Source: Mobula hypostoma (lineage: Eukaryota). Taken from it: 64,000 nucleotides of DNA. Where the stretch lies: positions 4,588,001 to 4,652,000 of the forward strand of contig NC_086108.1 in the NCBI RefSeq assembly GCF_963921235.1. Reading direction: 5' to 3'. Position 1 is the first letter of the stretch, and each line of letters opens with the position of its first letter. The notes beneath the pieces were generated by a model. That model was not told where the DNA came from, ran no database searches, and was given only the letters and a program-made list of their open reading frames with translations. Position numbers and translations under genes: made by a program. Shown here piece by piece: positions 1 to 9,954 of the stretch.

Positions 1-492
1 TCTTTACCAGTCTTTTCCTTTTTACATATCTATAAAAGCTTTTACAGTCAGTTTTTACGTTCCCCGCCAGTTTTCTCTCATAATCTTTTTTCCCCTTCCT
101 AATTAAGCCCTTTGTCCTCCTCTGCTGAACTCTGAATTTCTCCCAGTCCTCAGGTGAGCCACTTTCTCTGGCTAATTTGTATGCTTCTTCTTTGGAATTG
201 ATACTATCCCTAATTTCTCTTGTCAGCTACGGGTGCACTACCTTCCTTGATTTATTCTTTTGCCAAACTGGGATGAACAATTGTTGTAGTTCATCCATGC
301 AATCTTTAAATGCTTGCCATTGCATATCCACCGTCAATCCTTTAAGTGTCATTTGCCAGTCTATCTTAGCTAGTCCACGTCTCATACCTTCAAAGTTACC
401 CCTCTTTAAGTTCAGAACCTTTGTTTCTGAATTAACTATGTCACTCTCCATCTTAATGAAGAATTCCACCATATTATGGTCACTCTTACCCA
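1..492 (-). mobile_element. CR1 LINE ORF2 fragment
   Basis: ORF 227-472 (MVEFFIKMES...GNFEGMRRGLAKIDW) is the CR1 region between endonuclease and RT. Confidence 0.8.
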
Positions 493-493
493 G

Positions 494-966
494 TTATACA
501 GTGACTGACCCATCCCCACCGGTACCATATCCCGGTGTTATACAGTGACAGACCCGTCCCCACCGGTACCGTACCCCGGTGTTATACAGTGACAGACCCG
601 TCCCCACCGGTACCGTACCCCGGTGTTATACAGTGACAGACCCGTCCCCACCGGTACCGTACCCCGGTGTTATACAGTGACAGACCCGTCCCCACCGGTA
701 CCGTACCCCGGTGTTACACAGTGACAGACCCGTCCCCACCGGTACCGTACCCCGGTGTTACACAGTGACAGACCCGTCCCCACCGGTACCGTACCCCGGT
801 GTTACACAGTGACAGACCCGTCCCCACCGGTACCGTACCCCGGTGTTATACAGTGACAGACCCGTCCCCACCGGTACCGTACCCCGGTGTTATACAGTGA
901 CAGACCCGTCCCCACCGGTACCGTACCCCGGTGTTATACAGTGACAGACCCGTCCCCACCGGTACT
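494..966. repeat. 44-bp minisatellite, about 10.5 copies (GTTATACAGTGACAGACCCGTCCCCACCGGTACCGTACCCCGGT)
   Basis: Unit starts at 581 and 625 give a period of 44. Confidence 0.97.
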
Positions 967-1769
967 TCATACTGGTATTTTACAATGACAAACCTGCCCC
1001 CACCAGTGCCTACATTTCTGTGTCCCTGTGTTGTACACCACCTTTTCGCTGTCAGTACTGTTGCTAACAATATCAGTGAAATGTTGCCTATCATAGGGAC
1101 AGGGCCAAACAGCCCCTTTCCGTGTCGTGTGTGAAATGTTTTCTGTGTGGCGTTATTCCGGATTACTATCTTCCTACCCACACCTCAGCGTGGCCGTGGA
1201 ACATGCGTCTTTTCCCAATTTGTGACAGGTAGGTGGGGTCGTCAGCGGTTTGAATGAAGAACCATTTTCCGTCACATTTGTACTGATAATAATCTCTTTG
1301 CATTCAATCACCCGGTGAATTAACTCTTTATTGACCGCAGGACCACCTCACTGACAGGAATGGCTCCAACTTGTCACCAGTCCGGGCCTGGCATAAACCC
1401 TGAGGTAAACGGCTCACACCAACGGATAACTCCTGGTGAGTTGCAGGTTGAGAACTCTGCTCATGCCTGAGGAGGAAGGAGCTCCGAATGGATCGTTCTC
1501 TGCTCAGACCCCAGTCTCATTTCCGTCTCCTTCGGACTCCTGAGGACACGTCTCCCCAAGTCCCTGAAATTGGCCGCACAGGTTGACAGCATGTTAAAGA
1601 AGGCATACACCATGGTTGGTTTGTTTGTCGAGGCTTTGAATACATAAGTCAGCAAGTTGTACTGTGCAAAAGTTCCCACATAAAGTATATAGCTGGGGTG
1701 CTTACGACTTCGACACAGTACTGTAGTCATTTTATGTGCTGCCACCGCTGCAAAAAACGAATTTCATGA

Positions 1770-2140
1770 TGTGTGAGTGACGATAAACCTGATTCTGATC
1801 TGGGTCTCTATTGCGGACTGAGAGTGGGAAGGGACAGGGAGAGGGGAATCACGATTGGGAAAAGGGGAAGGGAGAGGGAAGGAAGCAGGGAGCACCAGAG
1901 ACGTTCTGTAATGATCAATAAACCAAATAACCTTGCCTGGTGTCTCAGGGCTGGGTGTGTCTGCACCCACCCCCACCATCCCCCTCGCCCTGGCACGCCT
2001 CCTCTGCCACCCGCCCCACACCCCTCCAACAGTGCATCACCCTCACCATTCCCAACATCATCTGCTCCCACAAGATTTACAAACTCGCTCTCTGCTCCAC
2101 GTTGTCAAATACAGTACTGTGCAAAAGTCTCAGGCACCCT
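1770..2140. repeat. Dispersed repeat, paralogous to 60823-61075 plus 63938-64000
   Basis: Shared gacgataaacctgattctgat.tgggtctctattg.ggactgag ... caccattcccaacatca ... agatttacaaa. Confidence 0.9.
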
Positions 2141-2151
2141 TGCTGAATATA

Positions 2152-2458
2152 CAGATGGAGTCAGAAGTTTACATACACCTTAGCCAAATACATTTAAACT
2201 CAGATTCTCACAATTCCTGACATTTAATCCTAGAAAACATTCCCTGTCTTAGGTCAGTTAGGATCACTACTTTATTTTAAGAATGTGAAATGTCAGAATA
2301 ATAATAGAGAGAATGATTTATCTCAGTTTTTATTTCTTTCATCACTTTCCCAGTGGGTCAGAAGTTTACATACACTATGTGAGTATTTGGTAGCACTGCC
2401 TTTAAATTGTTTAACTTGGGTCAAACGTTTTGGGTAGCCTTCCACAAGCTTCTCACCA
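2152..2458 (-). mobile_element. Tc1/mariner Sleeping Beauty-like fragment: transposase C-terminus plus complete right IR/DR
   Basis: TA followed by cagatggagtcagaagtttacatacac (outer DR); inner DR cagtgggtcagaagtttacatacac at about 2351. The minus strand encodes GEKLVEGYPKRLTQVKQFKGSATKY. Confidence 0.9.
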
Positions 2459-2645
2459 ATTCATGGTATGTGATATCACAAAAAGTGTTTCTCAATAAAG
2501 GTTACAATGAGATGTCTCAATAACATTTGTTTGAGTATTTTGGATCATATTTCAGTCAGAAAAGCCTGGGAGTAGACAAGGAGCTGGCTCTGCCTGTTGG
2601 AAATATAAGAATCAAATTAGATCAAGTGCAAGAAAAACTTGTGAG

Positions 2646-2939
2646 CTGTATTTTCAAAAGGGCGATAGGGTGGGAGACCACATCATAATAATCTGGCTGG
2701 TTCCTTCGTTTTGGTGCTCTGATGAAGAGCTCACATAGAAGTCTTCCACGATTAACTTTGTAATCTCTAATGGTATTGTACAGTTCATGGCAAACAGCAA
2801 TTGGATCTACAGTTGGGACATTGGAAACTTTCCTTCTTTTTCTGCTTGTTCCTGCATTGCTTCCTGAAACAGGATGTCCATCATCACAGTCTCCGTCACT
2901 AATGCTACCTGAAGGAGAAGTTGCCCTTTTCCTTTTTGA
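2646..2939 (-). pseudogene. PBRM1: Processed (intronless) PBRM1/polybromo-1 fragment: N-terminus plus first part of bromodomain 1
   Basis: Translation SKRKRATSPSGS...SRKRRKVSNVPTVDPIAVCHELYNTIRDYK...GRLLCELFIRAPKRRNQPDYYDVVSHPIALLKIQ matches the PBRM1 N-terminus. It is continuous across positions that are recalled as exon junctions, and homology stops abruptly mid-bromodomain. Confidence 0.88.
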
Positions 2940-3589
2940 AGGGACTTTTCTACATTCTATGTTCTGTAACAGGACAGTAGGACCCATGTTGCAGTGACCT
3001 GGGTCAAGACCGAAGATCTAAGTTCAGAAGTTGATCAGAGGCCCAGAAGTCAAGGCCTTGATGGCTGGAGTCCTGAGCCTGCAGATCTCCATGATTCCGC
3101 TGGAGAGGCCTGCAAATCCATGAGTCTGCTTGAGGCTGAAGTAGATGGCCTGTTCTGGGGTCAGAGGACCGTGTATGTGTGGGGTGGGAGAGAGGGAGGA
3201 ACTTGGCTTGTTTTGCTGCTGTGTTCTGTGTTGTTCTGCCGAGCATTGTGAGCTATGTTGGCACCTGAAGGTGTGGTGACAGTTGCAGGCTGCTCCCAGC
3301 ACATCCTTGGGTTGTGTTGGTTAAGCAAATGAGGCATTTCGCTGTATGTTTCGATGTAGACATGATAAATGTGAATCTGACTGACTAGGGAGAGCAGAAC
3401 TCTCTCCGGCCACCCCAGTGTTCCCTCTCCACGTGCCAGCACCAGGACCCCTGTGTGAAAACACACCGCGGCGTGCTGCCGTCGCTTTGCAGGTGTTTGC
3501 TGAAAGGGTTTCAATGTGTTTCCTGATGGTTTGTTCATCAGCTGGTGGTCGCAAACTTACCTCCGCTCCCGTAACCGGAATGATACCGC

Positions 3590-3800
3590 ACCGCTTAGAG
3601 TAAGACTACCACAACGCCAGCGACCCCGGTTCAATTCCCACCGCTGCCTGTAAGGAGCTTGTACGTTCTCCCCGTGACTGCGTGGGTTTCCTCCCGCAGT
3701 CCAAAGACCTATGGTTGGGGTTACTGAGTTATGGCTGTTGGAATCATGGCAACACTTGTGAGCTGCCGCGCCACATTTCAAACGAGTCGTTTCATCGCAT
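3590..3800 (+). mobile_element. V-SINE/HE1-like SINE; further copies at about 6705-6890, 8220-8510, 23010-23180, 40140-40490, 43090-43400, 46780-47000, 49320-49480, 56650-56820 and 58950-59150
   Basis: B box ggttcaattccc plus the shared core ggagtttgtacgttctccccgtg.ctgcgtgggtttcc. Confidence 0.7.
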
Positions 3801-4037
3801 GTGACAAGTAAAGCTAATTTATAAAGATAAGATCTCTTTAGAGTGATAGGGCACGATCCTTAACAGTGTTGCTGAGCAGAGATCTTGGGATCCAAGTTCA
3901 TAGCTCCTTGAAAGTGACTACACAGGTCAATAATGTGGTTGAGAAGGCTTATGGAATACTTGCTTTTATTAGTCAAGGCACTGAGTTCAAAAGTCAGGAG
4001 GTTATGTCGCAACTTCATAAAACTCTGTTTAGACCAC

Positions 4038-6143
4038 TGTTACGTAACCGGCAACAATGAATATCAATCAAGTCAGGTTATATAAAGACAACCAAACATT
4101 TATTAAACACGGATAAACAATCAAAAAAAACAAACGAAAACCTTAACTGCAAGTTAACCGCTATGGGGCCATTCAACAAATCGCCACTCGGTGCTGGTTC
4201 TTAAAGCGATAAATGTGAAAACAGTTCTTAAAGCGGTAAAGTCAAATACAGTTCTTAAAATAGTAGATTCGAAAGTCCAACAGATTTATACATTCAATTG
4301 GGAGAGACTTCTCTGGAGAAGGATTTCTTCATAGACGTGACTTTCCTGCTGGTTCTGTCCAAAAGGATTCACAATGAAGGAAATAAACGGCTTAAAACAA
4401 CTGACCTTTCTTCCAGCGAGCAAATCCTGCATGAACTACCTTGCTCTTTTGGCAGGAGTTGTCTTCGATGCAGGTCGCTACTTCTTCAACGAAGACTCAA
4501 TAAGGTCGATCCTTTATTAAACTGCCGAACGATACCAACATCTCTTAATTCTTCATATCCTGTACTTCGATAAAGTCTTCACTCTCCAATACTACTGAAA
4601 AGGTACATCAACAAATCTGGCAGAAATGGGTAAACTGCCAATCCAGCTGTCATGGTCCGGTCCATGAAGTCTGTATTCCGGTTCACGGTCCGGTCCGGTC
4701 CATCAACCCTTGTCCAGGTTTTCCTGTCTACCCTGTTTCTGTTCTTGTTGAACTCTAATTGAGGCAGCTGATGCTCGTTGGGGCTGGCTGCATAAATACC
4801 TTCAGAGACCAGGGCGTGGCTGCTGGATTGTTCTTGTCCTTACTCCTTGTATCCCTTCCTCTGCCTTCTGTTGCCTCGCCTGAAGCCCTGCCTTGTCTTG
4901 CCGGTAACTCTCACCTCGCCTGAAGTTCTCATCTCGCCTTGCTTTGCCAGAAGCCTTGCCTTGTCTTGCTGGTAACTCTCGCCTCGTCTCACCTGCAGTA
5001 TTGTCCTGGAGCCACCCTGTACCTAGCTCTCTTCTTGTCCCTTGCCTCCTCCCAGGTAAGCCAGGCCGTCTTGCTGTTACCTACGGTTGGTTCTGTTCCT
5101 TCCTGTCCCTTGCCTCCATTGGGTAAGCCAGGCCATCTTGCCGTTACCTGCGGTTGGTTCTGTCCCTTCCGGTCCCTTGCCTCTGTCAGGAGGTGATCCG
5201 CGCCCTGCCCAGGAGGAGCCTCTAGCCTCCGGCCTCCAGTCAAGCCTCTAACCTCAAGTCTGAAGACTCCAGCCTCCTGCCTCCTTCCAAGCCTTGCCTC
5301 TAGTCCATAGCCTCAAGCCTGAAGACTCCAGCCTCATTCTGCCTGCCAGCCAAGCCTCGTCCTTGCCTAGTTCTGGGGTCCGAGCCAGAGGCAAGACCCA
5401 GGTACTGGGTCCTTGTCCAGTCTCTGGCTCGGAGTCCAAGCCCGGGCTCCTTGCTGTCTTGTCCAGTCCTGTTCTGGGTTCCTGGTTTTTGTGTCCATGT
5501 CCTTGCCCTCACCCTGTACCCTCATCCTGTCCCTAGTACTTCAGTGTCTGTGTCTTGCACTTGGGTCGATTCCCAGCCACCACCTTATGACAGCAGCACT
5601 ATTATACCTTACAATAGAACGTAACACTCCGTTTTAAAAATGAAACTGCGTCATGAAACAAATACGCAATGGAACGGAGACTCTGACTAACATTCTAGCT
5701 GGAAAACTAGCTGCGTCACCAAAGGTCTTCCCTTTTATACCTGTGGTGAACATGTCATCACGTGACCTCACATCGGTGGGAAAATTACATCAGGTGACCT
5801 CCAAAAGACCATTACATCACTCTCACAAGAAAGTCACAAGATCTCCTTGAGGTATGTAACACCTCCTTCCAAAAAAAAATTTTGGTCTCTTAAGGAACAA
5901 AATTTTAACAATTAGCAATTTATGCAAAAAAAATACAAAGGTATAAAATTTACAGCATACACAATATACACAGTATTATCTTTCAGCACTTTACAAACTA
6001 ATATACAGTAGGAGTGTTACAAATGTTAAAATACCACTCCATAAAAAAATTCATTGTACATTTAACATTTAGATAGACAATCAGCAATCACATTACCTTT
6101 ACCTTTAATATGAGTGATCAAAATATTGTACTCCTGTAACATT
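4038..6143 (-). mobile_element. Gypsy (Gmr1-like) fragment: RNase H C-terminus, 3' UTR, PPT and 3' LTR (LTR 4038-5861, interrupted), inserted into a CR1
   Basis: Minus strand reads LQEYNILITHIKGKGNVIADCLSKC*, then PPT GGAAGGAGG, then an LTR TGTTACAT...CGTAACA. Flanked by the direct repeat accac (4033-4037 and 6144-6148). Confidence 0.8.
4648..5592 (+). mobile_element. Solo LTR nested in the Gypsy LTR
   Basis: TGTCAT...ATGACA termini; flanks ccagc/gcagc (near-TSD); TATA-like cataaata at about 4791; internal short tandem duplications. Confidence 0.75.
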
Positions 6144-7519
6144 ACCACATCTGGAGTGTTGCACACAGTTCTGGTCACCCCACTATAGGAAGGATTTGGA
6201 GAGGGTGCAGTAGAGGTTTATCAGGATGCTGTCTGGTTTAGAGGGCATGTGCTATCATGAGAGGCTGGATAAACTTGGGTTGTTTTCTCTGGAGTGTGGG
6301 AGGCTGAGGGGAGATCTGATAGAGGTTCATAAGATTATGAGAGCAGATTGAGTGGACAGAGAGTATCTGTTTCCCAGGGTAGAAATGTCTAATACCAGAG
6401 GGCATGCATAGAAGGTGAGAGGGGGGAGGTTCAAGGGGGATGTGAGGGGTAAGTTTTTCACTCAGAGAGTGGTGGATGCCTGGAATATGCTGCCTGATCT
6501 GGTGTTAGAGGCAAATACATTAGAGGCTTTTAAGAGATATTTGGATAGACACATGAATGTGAGGAAGATGGAGGGATATGGACTTGGTGTAGGGAGGGGT
6601 GGATAGTGTCGGGGTGTTTTTGATTTGCTTTTTAGCTGGTTCGGCAAAACATTGTGGGCCGAATGGCCTGTTTCTGTGCTCTACTTTTCTATGTTCTATG
6701 TAAAGAACCAGTGATTTGGATTCAATTCCCGCTGATGCCTGTAAAGAGTTTGTATGTTCCCTCCATGACCACGTGGGTTTCTTCCCACAGTCCAAAGGCG
6801 TACGGATTGGTATGTTAGTTGGTCACATGGTTGCCATTGGGTGGTGCGGATTCGTTGGGCAGGAAGGTCCTGTTACTGTACTATGCAGACTCGATGGGCT
6901 GACTGGCCTTGTACTTCTCCTAAGGTCTTATGGATGTTTTCAATCCCGATGGTGGATCTCGAAGCCAGATGTCAGCTGTCCATTCCTCCTTCACAGATGT
7001 TAGCTGATTTGCTGATCTCCCCCCTGGAACCTAGTTCAGGACTTGCCCCGGCACTGTTGTTCCGTTCCCTGGACGCTCGGCCACGATGTGGCTCCATTCA
7101 ACCCTAGGAAAAGTTTTCTTCTTCGTTCACAACACCACTCTCCCATTTAAAGGTCCGCACTCTACAGCGAATGGCCGCAAAGTTCTCCCGGTGTCCAGGA
7201 GACTATGCCCACAGTGCTGTCATAAGCACAAGAAATTCTGTAGATACTTGAAATCTTCAAAGTTGATAGTAAATTTATTATCGAAGTACGTATATGTCCC
7301 CATACACCACCCTGAGATTCATTTTCTTGCAGGCATTCACAGTAGAACAAAGAAATACAATAGAATCAATGAAAAACTACACACACTGATAAACAAGCAA
7401 TGTACAAAATAAGACAAACTGTAAAAAAACAAACAAACAAATAAATAAGTAAATAACACGGAGAACACGAGTTGTAGATCCTTGAAAGTGAGTCCGTAGG
7501 TTGTGGAATCAGTTCAGTG

Positions 7520-7708
7520 TTGTGGTGAGTGAAGTTATCCACACTGGTTCAGGAGCCTGATGGTTGAGGGGTAATAACTGTTCCTGAACCTGGTGGTGTG
7601 GGACCTGAGGCTCATTGTGGTGAGTGAAGTTATCCACACTGGTTCAGGAGCCTGATGGTTGTGGGGTAATAACTGTTCCTGAACCTGGTGGTGTGGGACC
7701 TGAGGCTC
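7520..7708. repeat. About 95-bp tandem duplication inside a Rex fragment
   Basis: ttgtggtgagtgaagttatccacactgg...gggacctgaggctc occurs twice in tandem. Confidence 0.9.
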
Positions 7709-8624
7709 CTGTAGCTCCTGACCAATGGTAGAAGTGAGAGGGTGATGTATGACAGTGCCTGTTGTAAATATGCTCAATGGTGGGGAGGGTGTTGCTCGTG
7801 ATGAACTGGGCTGTATCCAGTATATTTCGTAAGGCTGTTCCCTTTTCAATGGGATTGCACTATGCTTCGCAGGCTGTCACGTCCCGAGACTGGGAAGGCA
7901 CCGTGCAGGCGCCGGTCTATTCTCAGTGTGAGCAAGGGAGCTTGCTGATGGGAAGGAGGGTGGGAGAGGAGGCACTCAGGTAGGATGGGTGTTTGACACC
8001 TGACCTCTGCACCAAGGTGTTTGAAGAACCTTGAACCTCCTCCCAGCTCTTCCCTTCTCTCCTGAAAGAATCCCACTCGTTAACCAGGGGCAAACATCTC
8101 CCCAGCGCACAATAGAGAGTCATTATAAAATAATCTGCAGAATTCAACCCCCAACTGAATCTGTTCATCACGCCTTAGCCTAGACTCCCCCCTGCTGTTC
8201 ACAGACTGAATTTCAGCCATTCGACAAACCGGCTGTTTTATTATTTATTTATCGAGATACTGTGTGGAACAGGACCTTCTGGCACTTCGAGCTACGCCAC
8301 CCAGCAATCCCCCGATTTAATCCAAGCCTAATCACGGAACAATTTACAATGACCAATTAACCAGTCTTTGGAATGTGGGAGGAAACTGGAGCACCCAGAG
8401 GAAACCGACATGGTTATGGGGAGAACGTAGAAAGTCCTCCCAGGCAGCGGAGGGAAAGGGGCCGGGGCTGCCTGTACCGTAAGGCATTTTGCTAACCACT
8501 ATGCTATCAGGTTTTACTTGTGAGGTGCCCCTGTGCGTTCAAAAGTTAATTTATTATCACACTACAAATATGTCACCATATACAACCCTCAGATTCACTT
8601 TCTTGTTGGCATACTCAGTGAATC

Positions 8625-8626
<2 letters not shown>

Positions 8627-8660
<34 letters not shown>
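8627..8660. repeat. (TAA)n microsatellite
   Basis: Directly visible. Confidence 0.95.
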
Positions 8661-9954
8661 CATTACAGAATCAATAAAGACTGCCCAACTTGGACTTTCA
8701 ACAAGAGTGCAGAAGACAACAAACCGTGCAACTCCAAAAAGAAAGAAATAATAGAATCAAATATTGCTGTGATGATTGTACGTTATAGTATCAATTGTTT
8801 GGTGACAGTAAAGTATAATAGTGATAAATAAGCAAGCAATAAATATCGAGAACCTGAGATGAAGAGCCTTTGAAAGTGAGACCATAGGTTGTGGGAACAG
8901 GTCAGTGATGGGACAAGTGAAGAAAAGTGAAGTTATCCCCTTTGGTTCAAGAGTCTGATGGTTGAGGGGTAGTAACTGTTCCTGAACCTGGTGGTGTGAG
9001 TCCTGAGGCTCCTGTACCTCCTTCCTGATGGTCCCCGATGATGGATGCTGCTTTCCTGTGACAGTGTTTCATGTGGATGTGCTCAATGGTGGGGAGGGCT
9101 TTACCGGTGATGGACTGGATCGTATCTGCTACTCTTTGTAGGATTTTCCATTCGTGCTTCAGGTTCAGATTCAGATACATTTCTTTATTCTCTCGAAACG
9201 CACAGTGAACTATGTCCACCATTATGCAACGCACAGATATGCTGGAGGAACTCAGCAGGCCAGGCAGCATCTATGGAAAAGAGTACAGACGGCGTTTCAG
9301 GCCGAGACCCTTCAGCAGGACTGCAAAAAAAATGCTGAGGAGTAGATTTGAAAGTTTGGAGGGGGTGGGAGGGAAGAGAACACTAGGCGACAAGTGCAAC
9401 TGGGAGGGGGAGGGATGAAGCAAAGAGCTAGGAAGTTGATTGGTGAAGAAGGCCATGGAAGAATGAAGAGTGGGGGGGTGGGTGCGGGGAGGAGCACCAG
9501 AGGGAGATGATGGGCAGGCAAGGAGATAACATTATCCACCATTATGCGTCTTTTTGCACAAAATATACTTTATATTTCTTATTGTAACTTACATTAATTT
9601 TTAATGCATTGTAGCATGCTGCTTCCACAAAGTAACAAAGTTCATAACTTAGTGGCCTTCCGTCGGTGCGGGTTGACCACGGACATTGCGTACTAGCTGT
9701 GTAGATATGGAAACCTGGGCAGCACGAGATGGAGAGCGAGCTGCTGCCCGTGTAGCAAGCTCCCCTCTGCACACAGCTGAGCAACCCAAAGGAACGCCAA
9801 AGGCCGATACAATTTGGCACCAGCAGTTGCCAGTCAACGTTGAACTGGATGTAGGGCTGTCTTAGGGACTGCACTCCAGATTTTTCCCTCGGGGTTTACT
9901 CCCGAAGCCTTCCCTATGAGTGGGTACAACTGCAAGGCAGTCGAGGTTTGAGAT

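Larger units (their letters stand above)
3850..6700 (+). mobile_element. CR1 3' fragment split by the Gypsy insertion (pieces 3850-4037 and 6144-6700)
   Basis: RDLGIQVHSSLK...LFRP reads up to 4037 and resumes at catctggag; CR1 3' UTR ends ttctatgttctatg. Confidence 0.8.

Noticed and set aside
494..966. CRISPR-like appearance of the regular repeats (also 18914-22369)
   Set aside because: The units are head-to-tail with no unique spacers, there are no cas genes, and the context is vertebrate.
2622..2987. Functional PBRM1 locus
   Set aside because: No introns, no other PBRM1 exons in the window, a truncated bromodomain and substitutions at conserved residues.
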